IMG/VR virus record: IMGVR_UViG_3300021399_000102
Span: 1 to 64,000 of that record
Source: a virus
Lineage: Duplodnaviria > Caudoviricetes
Reading direction: 5' to 3' (one strand)
Length of the DNA: 64,000 bases
The translations under genes and the position numbers were made by a program. The notes beneath the pieces were generated by a model. The model had not been told where the DNA came from. It was given only the letters and a program-made list of their open reading frames with translations, and ran no database searches. Each line of letters starts with the position of its first letter. Positions within the stretch are counted from its first letter, which is position 1. Below, one piece after another: positions 28,867 through 37,851 of the stretch.

Positions 28867-30708
28867 ATGTCTGAACTTGAAGAAATAAAGGCAATTGTTT
28901 ATGCCAATAGAACATCTTGGCGAAAGTTATTGGAAAAGCGCAATGACTTGATGGAGTATATTCGTGTTCATACTCCATCACTGATTTCTGGCGAAGAGTA
29001 TAAATTGAGTACCAAGTTGTATTGGTTGTTCAACGGACTCACAGAATTTCCACGATGTAAGGAATGTAAAAAGAACGAACATTATATTGGACGAAATGTG
29101 ATAAATGTGTTCAAGGGTTATTATTCATTTTGTTCAAGTTCATGTGGATCGAAGAACAAGGAGACACAAATAAAGCACGAGAATACGAATGTTCGCGTAC
29201 ATGGGGTCAAGTCCACAAATTCTCTAAAGTCAGTGATAGCCAAGAAGCAGAAGACGATTGCTGAGAATCATGGCAACGGTGATTTGAAATTAGCTTACAA
29301 GAACATACATGCGAAGGGCGAAAAGACATGTGAACGCAAGTATGGTGTCAAGAACATATTTCAAACTGAGGAATGTCGGAAAAGGAGAAAGGAGGTTTGT
29401 GAGGAGAAATTTGGCACTGAATGGACTTTGCAGAACGAGGATAATCAAAGGAAATGTAGGGAAGCCAAGATAGAGAAATTTGGTTGTGATCCAATGAAGA
29501 TTCGCTCTGTGGTGGAAAAGATGCTCCACAATAGATGGGACTTGAAAAGCGACGATGAATTGAAAGAGATAATAGATAGGACAAACGCCATCAAGAAGAA
29601 AAACAGATACAATGCCATTCTATCCACAGAAACGATACCGTTGTTCTCAATAGACGAGTTCAATTTAAGGGACTATGACACGAAATATAGATGGAAGTGC
29701 CTGAAATGTGGAAACGACTTTGAAGCTCCCTTGGATTGCTCGTTATATTCTGTGTCAGACCACAAAGTCATGGCAAGATGTCCAATTTGTCATCCTCCAT
29801 GTCCAAATGGGGTTTCGGCAGAGGAGATAGAGGTTGCTAAGTTCGTTGGTGGATTTGTCGATGTATTACAGAACGATCGAAAGATTCTGAACGGTAAGGA
29901 ATTGGATATCTATGTTCCATCGAAGAATCTTGCGATAGAGTTCGATGGATTGTATTGGCACAGCGACAAAAATAGTGAAAGTCAAAACAGGCATTTGGAC
30001 AAGACCAACTTATGCGAGAAATTGGGAATTCATCTTGTTCATATATTCGAGAATGAATGGTTGCACAACCGCAATCAAGTTGAATATAGGTTGAAGAATT
30101 TGCTTGGTGTGTACGACAAGACGATATATGCCAGACAATGTGTAGTGAAGGAAGCCTATGGTGATGATTCTGTTGTGTTTCAAGATGCGAACCATCTTCA
30201 AGGTCACACCAATGCGAAAGTAAGTTTGGGGTTGTATTATGATAGAGAATTGGTTTCCTTGATGACATTCTCCAAACCTAGGTTTAATAAGAATTACGAG
30301 TGGGAACTTGTGAGATTCTGCAATAAGTGTGGATATCATGTCCCAGGTGGGGCTTCCAAGTTGTTGAAGCACTTTGAGAGAACATATCATCCAAAGTCAA
30401 TCGTCAGTTATGCTGACAGAAGATGGACGATGAACAATGGGAACACTCTGTATGATAGACTTGGATTCTCACTTGATCACATATCCAAGCCAAATTATTG
30501 GTATTGGAACACTGAAAACAGGGATTATGCTCTATATAGCAGAATTCTATTTCAGAAGCACAAGTTGAAGGGCAAATTGGACAAGTTCGACGAGTCAAAG
30601 TCAGAGTGGCAGAACATGCAGGACAATGGATACGATAGGATATTTGATTGTGGAAACCTTGTGTTCGTCAAGAACTACGATTTACGAAATACCACATTAG
30701 TGGTATAA
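28867..30708 (+). CDS. Free-standing putative homing endonuclease (Hef/Vsr-like with Zn ribbons)
   Basis: CxxC motifs, T..(R/E)KYG repeats, ELDIYVPSKNLAIEFDGLYWH, WELVRFC...GGASKL...SYADRR; lies between the two polymerase halves. Confidence 0.8.
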   Translation: MSELEEIKAIVYANRTSWRKLLEKRNDLMEYIRVHTPSLISGEEYKLSTKLYWLFNGLTEFPRCKECKKNEHYIGRNVINVFKGYYSFCSSSCGSKNKETQIKHENTNVRVHGVKSTNSLKSVIAKKQKTIAENHGNGDLKLAYKNIHAKGEKTCERKYGVKNIFQTEECRKRRKEVCEEKFGTEWTLQNEDNQRKCREAKIEKFGCDPMKIRSVVEKMLHNRWDLKSDDELKEIIDRTNAIKKKNRYNAILSTETIPLFSIDEFNLRDYDTKYRWKCLKCGNDFEAPLDCSLYSVSDHKVMARCPICHPPCPNGVSAEEIEVAKFVGGFVDVLQNDRKILNGKELDIYVPSKNLAIEFDGLYWHSDKNSESQNRHLDKTNLCEKLGIHLVHIFENEWLHNRNQVEYRLKNLLGVYDKTIYARQCVVKEAYGDDSVVFQDANHLQGHTNAKVSLGLYYDRELVSLMTFSKPRFNKNYEWELVRFCNKCGYHVPGGASKLLKHFERTYHPKSIVSYADRRWTMNNGNTLYDRLGFSLDHISKPNYWYWNTENRDYALYSRILFQKHKLKGKLDKFDESKSEWQNMQDNGYDRIFDCGNLVFVKNYDLRNTTLVV

Positions 30709-30739
30709 TTTAATGAAACTATATTTGGAGAGACTTTCA

Positions 30740-32059
30740 ATGACATCTGTGAAGATTGGCGAACTATACAACAAGTATCTGGCAAAGGGATATGAGATTG
30801 TCAATACCCCAACTGGGCATGAATTGATATATCCAAAGAGCCTAAAAGTGCGTTCCATTGGCAACGAATTCAAGAAAGTGAAGTGCCTATCTCGTCATAG
30901 AACCAGCAAGCCATTGGTGAGGATATGCTTTCAGAAGTCAGAACCATTGGTTGTTACAACTGACCACGTTTGCATGGCGTACAACGACGATAGGATGCTT
31001 GAAAACATTGCATCCAAGGACCTGCGCGTTGGTATGATGGTTGACCATTATTGCAGGACTTCTGACAAGGAGGTCATAGATGTAATCACCAACATAGAAC
31101 CTCTCGGAACCACTGATGATTATGTCTATGACTTGGAGGTGGAGGACGAGTCACATGTGTTCTACGCCAACGACACTCTTATCCACAACTCATTCTTCAT
31201 GAACTTGGAAGCTGTCACAAAGGACTTCATAGCCAAGTATGGATGGGACGACAACATGAACAATTGGACTGACGAGCAAAAGCTTCAGTTGTTCGCCCAT
31301 ATGCAAAAGTTCACCGACGAATACCTTGTACCACACATTCAGGAGTTGGTGACAAAGGAATTCCACACTTCCAACGCCAAGCCAATGAAGTATGGTCTTG
31401 AATACATGACTTCTGGTGGCATATTCGAGTCTCCGAAGCACTATATCGTCCATAAGATTGTGGATGAGGGTCCGAAGGTAGTGGATAAGTTCAAGTACAC
31501 TGGCATTGAATTGAAGAAGGCTGTTGTTCCACCAGAAATCAAGAAGTTCATGAAGGACATCTACTTCACTGCTGTCATCGACCCCAACTTCAACCACGAT
31601 GCTATAAAGCGCAAGATGGACGAGGTGTATCAGGAGTTGTTGAAGATGTCTCCAAACGCCTTGGCGAAATGGCAGGGTTATGGCACAGAGACCACTATGG
31701 AGGGATTCTTGGTTGAATCAAAGGGTGCTACTGGAATTGGCAAGTGCGCCAACTACTACAACCAAATCATCAGAAAGCTCCATCTTGACAAGAAATATGC
31801 CCTCATCAACGTAAAGGACAAGATTCAGACAATCTACATCAAGCCAACGAACGTCTATGGCATAAACCAAATTGGCTTTCCACCAAGGCAGTGGCCAGAC
31901 GAGTTCAACGACATCTTTGAGATTGACTATCCCACGATGATGGAGAAGGTTGTCATATCCCCATTGAAGGGCTTGCTTACTGCCCTTCGGATGGAAGACC
32001 TCATAAAGTACGACCCAGCAATATCTGCTGCCCTTGAATACAGTGTTGATGACATTTAA
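30740..32059 (+). CDS. C-intein (~150 aa) plus family B DNA polymerase C-terminal part
   Basis: Block B VTTDH, block F VYDLEV, block G IHN|S (junction 31189/31190), then polB C-terminal motifs (K.Y, KYTGIE); own TGGTATAAT and GGAGAG SD. Confidence 0.92.
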   Translation: MTSVKIGELYNKYLAKGYEIVNTPTGHELIYPKSLKVRSIGNEFKKVKCLSRHRTSKPLVRICFQKSEPLVVTTDHVCMAYNDDRMLENIASKDLRVGMMVDHYCRTSDKEVIDVITNIEPLGTTDDYVYDLEVEDESHVFYANDTLIHNSFFMNLEAVTKDFIAKYGWDDNMNNWTDEQKLQLFAHMQKFTDEYLVPHIQELVTKEFHTSNAKPMKYGLEYMTSGGIFESPKHYIVHKIVDEGPKVVDKFKYTGIELKKAVVPPEIKKFMKDIYFTAVIDPNFNHDAIKRKMDEVYQELLKMSPNALAKWQGYGTETTMEGFLVESKGATGIGKCANYYNQIIRKLHLDKKYALINVKDKIQTIYIKPTNVYGINQIGFPPRQWPDEFNDIFEIDYPTMMEKVVISPLKGLLTALRMEDLIKYDPAISAALEYSVDDI

Positions 32060-32105
32060 TCCCTTTCATTGTAAATACTTCTACACACCAAAGAGGTATT
32101 GACAC

Positions 32106-32573
32106 ATGAAATGGAATAGACTTTACAAGGAGTCCACAAATCCTGAGTTCGTGAATGTGAGCAGGTTCCGTCAGGAAATCAAGGAAGTTCTTGAGGAGGC
32201 TACCGAAAAGTGGCCAGAAGGATACATGAAGGATTGCGCTGACGACTACATCGACGAATATGTTGATATGATTGTGGAGGATGCAGTAAGGAGCTTCAAC
32301 AAGCTTGTCCATAGGGACGATACCTCAATGTCTGGCAACTTCAAGGACATTCGCTATGATTGGGACGGGTTCCATAGGGAATATCCACATGGTTGCAGTT
32401 TGAGCGAAGTTGTGGAGATGATTGACGCTGGCGAGGACAACGAATTCACCAAGGAGTTCAAGGATTGGGCAATTGATTGGTATTTCGAGGCATTTGGCAC
32501 ATACAATTTGACATACAAGTGGACAGAATTCATGGAAGAAGCCACATATGACGAGGAGGACGATCAGATATGA
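32106..32573 (+). CDS. Acidic hypothetical late protein with MKWNRLYKES leader
   Basis: GTAAATA at 32071; GAGGT SD. Confidence 0.75.
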   Translation: MKWNRLYKESTNPEFVNVSRFRQEIKEVLEEATEKWPEGYMKDCADDYIDEYVDMIVEDAVRSFNKLVHRDDTSMSGNFKDIRYDWDGFHREYPHGCSLSEVVEMIDAGEDNEFTKEFKDWAIDWYFEAFGTYNLTYKWTEFMEEATYDEEDDQI

Positions 32574-33325
32574 AACGTATTATGAAGAAAAGCAAAAGGA
32601 TGGTGAAGGAGAGCTATGAAGTCTCTCCTGAACTTGCAGACAGGTTGAACTCAATTCTTGCTGACGAGTTCTTGGCAGCAGAGTTCTATCGTTTGGCCGA
32701 GCTTGCGATGAAGGGCAACAAGCAACATAGGCTTTCTGAGATTGCTGACGAGAATGGCGAGGACGAATTGGAGGATCACTTCAAGAACCTCTCTGAGTGG
32801 ATGCAGTCCAAGGGAATCAAGGTTGTCACAAATCACGACCAGATGTTGGACATCACTGGGGCAACCGTATTCACTGTGGAGGATGGGGATTCCACCAAGG
32901 ACATAGTGGATAAGTTGATTCAGTCTGAGGAAGAGGCTATTGAGGCATATGAGGATCTGATTCCAGACACCGACCTTGACCTTCATACGATGCTTTGTGG
33001 CTTCTTGAAGGATGAACGTGAGCATCTCAAGGCGTTGCAGGACGCAAAGGACGAGATGGGTGGTGGTCTTGAAGAGAGCAAGCCAAAGCACACCATTTAC
33101 GAGGGTATTGACAAGGGAAGACCAAAGGACTGGAATCATCTTAAGGCTACAAACATTCAGTGGGATGTGGATGATCCAGACGACCTTAAGCATGTGCCAG
33201 ACGAGATGTGGGTGGCAATCCCACCAGATGTGGAAGCAGAGGGACCAGAGGCAATTGAGGAATATATGTCAGATTACATCACTGACAATGGTGGCTTCTG
33301 CCACAAGGGATTTGACATAGAATGA
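32570..33325 (+). CDS. Ferritin-like (Dps/bacterioferritin-fold) protein with extra C-terminal domain
   Basis: LNSILADEFLA..FY, EDH, SEEEAIEAY and DEREH diiron-type pattern. Confidence 0.75.
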   Translation: MKRIMKKSKRMVKESYEVSPELADRLNSILADEFLAAEFYRLAELAMKGNKQHRLSEIADENGEDELEDHFKNLSEWMQSKGIKVVTNHDQMLDITGATVFTVEDGDSTKDIVDKLIQSEEEAIEAYEDLIPDTDLDLHTMLCGFLKDEREHLKALQDAKDEMGGGLEESKPKHTIYEGIDKGRPKDWNHLKATNIQWDVDDPDDLKHVPDEMWVAIPPDVEAEGPEAIEEYMSDYITDNGGFCHKGFDIE

Positions 33326-33639
33326 AGAAACTGCTTGCCATATTGGTTCTTTGCATTTCATTCACGGGTTGCGTGAATGTATGCACGAGAAATCCTTGGT
33401 CCAGAACCAGGATTGAGGACACCTATCAATGCACATAGGAAGCAGCAGGAATCTCTTGGATAATCATGTTTCCCCAGACGATGGGATATGGCAACAGCAA
33501 GGGGTTCATGTGGGAGAACATCTTCACGATTCCATTGGGGTTGGTGGGATTCTGCGATACGGCATGTGAAGCCGTATTGGACACCATATGCTTGCCATAT
33601 GATTGGTCAGTGTCCAACCATAGAAACAAATACAAGTGA
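33322..33639 (+). CDS. YceK/YidQ-like lipoprotein, 105 aa with 1 in-frame TAG (not in ORF track)
   Basis: MKKLLAILVLCISFTG-C lipobox; TAG at 33436; C-terminal D....AVLDTICLPYD. Confidence 0.7.
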
Positions 33640-33656
33640 GATGGGGAAGATGATTT

Positions 33657-34880
33657 ATGAAGGTAATCGTTGAAAAGGACGATGAAAGCCTCATTGTAAA
33701 AGGGGCGAAGATGGCATATGGCGCTGTCAAGAACAAGCTTGTATCCATCATAACTGGCCACGCTGCATTGTCGTAGATTGGAACAATTCTCTCCATTCTT
33801 TCCTTCCTTCCTGGGATTGACAAGGATGCAGTTGAGAAGAAGATGAAGGAACTTTCTGGATTCCTCAATTCCAAGATTGAGGATTTCGATGAGTTCATGA
33901 AGTCCATTCCAATGTTGGAGACTTTGTTTGGGGACGAGAAAGATTGTCTCAAGAACATAATGCGTTTCGAGGTGTTTGTCCAACAGATTTCCTTGGGACA
34001 ATATCCAGCAGAGAACTACGACTTGTCGAAAGTTACGGTTGTGCAAACAACTTTCATGGCTTTGATTGCAATATGGGTTGCATTTGGTGCTGGCGTGGTT
34101 GGAACAGGTGGAATTGCGCTTTGTGTTTCTTGGATCATAAAGGATTTGAGCGTTCTTTGCTACAACAAGGTGTTTCCTACGATTGAGGAAGACCTCAAGA
34201 AGTTTGAGGAGTGGGCAAAGAGCAACAACGTGGATGTGGAGAAGAACGCAAAGAGCATCGGGAATGGAAAGACCCCTCAGAAGGGGGAGGCGAAGCCCAA
34301 AGAGGGTGAAAAGGAGGAGCAATCCAAGGAAAAGACAGATGAAAGTTTGCTTGGTGCGATTGCCAAGGGTGCAGCGAAGATGCTTGGAAAAGGTGCTGCA
34401 AAGGCCGCAACGAAGGGTGCTGCCAAAGGTGCTACGACCATTGCTGGCAAGGCAGCATCCAAACTTGCTCCAGCAGCAACCAAGGGATTGACGAAACTTG
34501 GGTCAAAGGTGTTGAAGCAGATAGCAAAGTTGAGTCCAAAGACAGCACAAGTGTTGAAGAAGGGTTCAGTTGAACTTGGCAAGGTGTTGAAGAAGTCAGG
34601 AATAACGATGGAACAAGCCCTTGGAAAGACTGGGGACTACATAGCGAACGCATATGAAAAAGCCAGTGAAGAGGACAAGAAGATTCTGGACGTGATGAAG
34701 GAGGACTTGAACTCTGCAACTGACGTGGATAATTTGATGGAGAAGCTTAAGGAGATGTTTGACATAATTGGGGGAGATGGACAAGAGTCTGATGGCAATG
34801 AAGAGGTTCAGAACGCCAATGAATCCACAAAATGGATTCCATTGAAAAGGACCAGGTGGATTTCGTTGGCTACCGTGTAA
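33657..34880 (+). CDS. Hypothetical late protein with hydrophobic segment and Ala/Lys amphipathic region, 407 aa with 1 TAG
   Basis: ATG at 33657 in frame with the track ORF through TAG at 33774. Confidence 0.7.
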
Positions 34881-34966
34881 ATAATACATGAATTGAACAT
34901 TCGATGCGAGGACTAGTCCATAGAATTGTTCACAACAAACAAATTACTCTATAGAGGAAACGCAAA

Positions 34967-36130
34967 ATGAAGAAACTAAACATTACGAAGAAGCAGTATG
35001 ACGAGTCCAAATACTTCAACAAGAAGTATGGTTCTCTGAAGTACGTTTCTGAATCAGGTAAGCTCTTCAAGACGGACAAGGGCGTAGTCCTTGCTCTTGA
35101 AGGAACTGAGACACAGGGTGCAGATGCACAGGGTGCTGAGGGAGATGGTCAGCAGACCGACGAGTCTCTCAAGGACATTGGAGATGCCATCAAGGGTACT
35201 GCCAAGGAAATTGGTGGCAAGATCAAGGATGGTGCGAAGAAGGGTGCGAAGGCAGTGAGCAACTTCTTCAACGGAAACTTCCGCAAGAACGACACAGTGG
35301 AGATTTCCGGTGGAGAGGACAGCGATGGCAAACCAGTCACGCTGAAGGGCGTTGTCAAGGACGCCGGAAAGAACGAGGTTACGATTGGTATCTCCAGGGA
35401 GGCAGCTGAATCCGACGATGGCGACGCTACTGAGGTTGGAGAGGAAGTGACCCGTGGCGAGCTTACCGACATTCTCAAGGACGTTGTTTCTGAGGTTGAG
35501 AAGGTTTGCGATTCTCAGGATATTTCCTTCGAGGAAGTTGCTGGCATTGAGACCCCAGAGGGTGAGGCTGACGAGACAGCTGACGCCGATGAGGTTGTTG
35601 CCACCAAGGAAGATGTTGCAGATGCACTTCAGGGCGTGATTGACGCCGTTGAGAAGGTTGCGGACGCCAATGACATCGAGCTTCCTGAAGAGGAAGAGGA
35701 CGAGGAGGGTGATGCTTCTGACGATGAAGATGGTGAGCAGTACGACGAAGGTTGCGATTGTGGCAAGAAGGATTGCCCAGAATGCAATCCTGATGGAGTC
35801 AAGGGCGAGTGCGGTGGTCAGGCTTGCGAGTGTGGAGACAAGGTAATGGAGTCCCGTAGGGCCCGTGCCAAGCTCGTTCGTGAGGCAATTGCCCGTCGTG
35901 CAAGAGCCCGCAAGATTCGTGAGAGCCGTGAGCGCCGCGCGAAGATTCGCAAGGTGATTGAGTCCATCCGTCGCCGTAGGGTTGCCAAGAAGGTGTTGGA
36001 GAGCATCCGCCGCCGTCGCGCAGCGAAGAAGATGATGGAGTCCAGGAAGCCAGCATTCAAGAAGATTGCTTCCAAGAGTGTTATGGAGTCCCGCAGGCTC
36101 CGTGCCCGTAGGGCCAGAATGGCAAAGTAA
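34967..36130 (+). CDS. Putative prohead core/internal head protein
   Basis: Strongly biased codon usage like the capsid gene; acidic middle; Arg-rich ES-delimited repeats; own GTAAATA and terminator. Confidence 0.6.
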   Translation: MKKLNITKKQYDESKYFNKKYGSLKYVSESGKLFKTDKGVVLALEGTETQGADAQGAEGDGQQTDESLKDIGDAIKGTAKEIGGKIKDGAKKGAKAVSNFFNGNFRKNDTVEISGGEDSDGKPVTLKGVVKDAGKNEVTIGISREAAESDDGDATEVGEEVTRGELTDILKDVVSEVEKVCDSQDISFEEVAGIETPEGEADETADADEVVATKEDVADALQGVIDAVEKVADANDIELPEEEEDEEGDASDDEDGEQYDEGCDCGKKDCPECNPDGVKGECGGQACECGDKVMESRRARAKLVREAIARRARARKIRESRERRAKIRKVIESIRRRRVAKKVLESIRRRRAAKKMMESRKPAFKKIASKSVMESRRLRARRARMAK

Positions 36131-36160
36131 GTTCAATTTGAACTGAAATGCAAATAAAGA

Positions 36161-36195
36161 GCGAGGTTGCCTTTACAGGCAGCCTCGTTTCGTTT
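36161..36195 (+). terminator. Intrinsic terminator
   Basis: GCGAGGTTGCCT/AGGCAGCCTCGT stem followed by a T-rich tail. Confidence 0.75.
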
Positions 36196-36206
36196 ATAAT
36201 ATATAT

Positions 36207-36725
36207 ATGGAAATTGAAGATTCCAAATTGGAGTTCTTGAACGAGAACAGAAATCGGCTGCTTGAAGGGTTTGACCATATCGACCAGAACATATTTAAGC
36301 CCAACATGATTTATGCCCTCAATGGAATTGGCTACAAGTTCATCATCGTTCCAGATGAAGATTGGACTCCAAGCAAGTGGTTTCCAACTGAGACATCTTC
36401 CCAAGACAGGGAGGTTAGGGTGATACATTCGTATATCTCCAAAAATTCTGGAATGTTGAGATATTCTGACCAATGTGGTTGGTCGTTTCACGAGTTGGCA
36501 CACGCTACGATATTTAGTGGCAATTTTACAGAGAAGTTCATATCGTTGGTTTCTCCATATGAATATCCTCTGAATAGAGATGAGCTTTATTGCTATGGCT
36601 ATCAGATTTGGAAGATGGCTCAAGTTGGAAAGTTGAAGAATTTTGTGAAGTTTGTTGTAAAGAAGGTTCCTTACATAGGAAATGACTTGGATTTGTTGGT
36701 AAAGGTAATTGCTCAAAGGCATTGA
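36207..36725 (+). CDS. Hypothetical protein with HExxH motif
   Basis: FHELAH followed by a downstream E; possible zinc peptidase. Confidence 0.55.
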   Translation: MEIEDSKLEFLNENRNRLLEGFDHIDQNIFKPNMIYALNGIGYKFIIVPDEDWTPSKWFPTETSSQDREVRVIHSYISKNSGMLRYSDQCGWSFHELAHATIFSGNFTEKFISLVSPYEYPLNRDELYCYGYQIWKMAQVGKLKNFVKFVVKKVPYIGNDLDLLVKVIAQRH

Positions 36726-36737
36726 AAGGAAAAATAC

Positions 36738-37826
36738 ATGTATAGTTCATCAGAGTTCGTTTCGCAAGGTCATCCAGACAGAACATGCGACAGTATCGCG
36801 TCCTATCTTCTTGACATGTACTTGAAGCATGACCCCCATGTAAGGTTTGCCATGGAAATCCAGTTGAAGGGACAATATTGCAATCTTGCTGGTGAGGTTA
36901 CATCCACTTGGACGCCAGATAACGATATGGTTGCAGAGATGGTGAGGGATGCCATTAGAAAGGTTGGCTATACCCACGAGTATGCTTCTAAATGGCCGAA
37001 GAACGCTACCTTGGATGCTGATAATGTCATCGTAAACGATTTTGTTGGGCAGCAGTCCCCTGACATCGCCAAAGGTGTTGATAGGGAAGGTTGGGGAGAT
37101 CAGGGTTGCTTCATGGGCATGGCTACAACCGAACAGGAATATGACTATATGCCTATGGACAAGTATTTCGCCAACAAGATTGGAACATATCTCTATCATT
37201 CAGCGTTAAGGGGGGACATCAAGATTGGTCTTGACATCAAGGTTTTGGTCTCCATCAAGAACCCTAAAACGGTTGAGCAGGTGATTGTAGCGGCACCAAT
37301 GCTCCCAGAAAACGAGAAAGAAGCGAAGGAAGCCATCACGACCATAGTGAGAAATGTCATATTCAATCATGGTGTCGAGAATGGGGAAATCATCATCAAT
37401 GGCACTGGCGCTTATGTCATACATTCTTCCATTGGGGATGCTGGCGTTGTTGGCAGGAAGTTGGCTGTGGACTTCTATGGATTGAACTGCCCTATTGGGG
37501 GTGGAACGACTTGGGGCAAGGATGGCACGAAGGCTGATGTCACATTGAACCTTGCTGCACGATACAATGCCATGCTTCAGATGTTTCACACTCAGAAACC
37601 CACCTTCTGTAAGATTAGCTGCTGCATTGGAAATCCTGAGTGCCTTGTGTCCTTCTTTGAGAAGAACCATGACGAGCCTTATGCTGAGGATAGCGTCACC
37701 CTCCTTCCTTCTATTCTGACGCACAAGTTTGGGCTGGATGGTTCTGTCCCCAACATGTTCTGGGCGATGTGCGAGAATGGGTTGTTCTGCCGTGTGGACG
37801 AATTGGCGAGGTCTGAGGGTGAATGA
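36738..37826 (+). CDS. metK: S-adenosylmethionine synthetase
   Basis: SEFVSQGHPD, GEV, QQSPDI, GDQG, DAGVVGRK..VD.YG, GGG...GKD.TK.D. Confidence 0.93.
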   Translation: MYSSSEFVSQGHPDRTCDSIASYLLDMYLKHDPHVRFAMEIQLKGQYCNLAGEVTSTWTPDNDMVAEMVRDAIRKVGYTHEYASKWPKNATLDADNVIVNDFVGQQSPDIAKGVDREGWGDQGCFMGMATTEQEYDYMPMDKYFANKIGTYLYHSALRGDIKIGLDIKVLVSIKNPKTVEQVIVAAPMLPENEKEAKEAITTIVRNVIFNHGVENGEIIINGTGAYVIHSSIGDAGVVGRKLAVDFYGLNCPIGGGTTWGKDGTKADVTLNLAARYNAMLQMFHTQKPTFCKISCCIGNPECLVSFFEKNHDEPYAEDSVTLLPSILTHKFGLDGSVPNMFWAMCENGLFCRVDELARSEGE

Positions 37827-37851
37827 GCCGCAAATGGTAAATACCATTGTT

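Noticed and set aside
28785-30739. Group I intron interrupting the polymerase
   Set aside because: The flanks are too short for a ribozyme core, intein motifs lie on both sides, and the second half has its own promoter and SD.
35054-36136. Long antisense ORFs (also 7278-8378, 56367-57332, 33426-34322 and others)
   Set aside because: Shadows of strongly codon-biased sense genes, with no SD or recognisable motifs.
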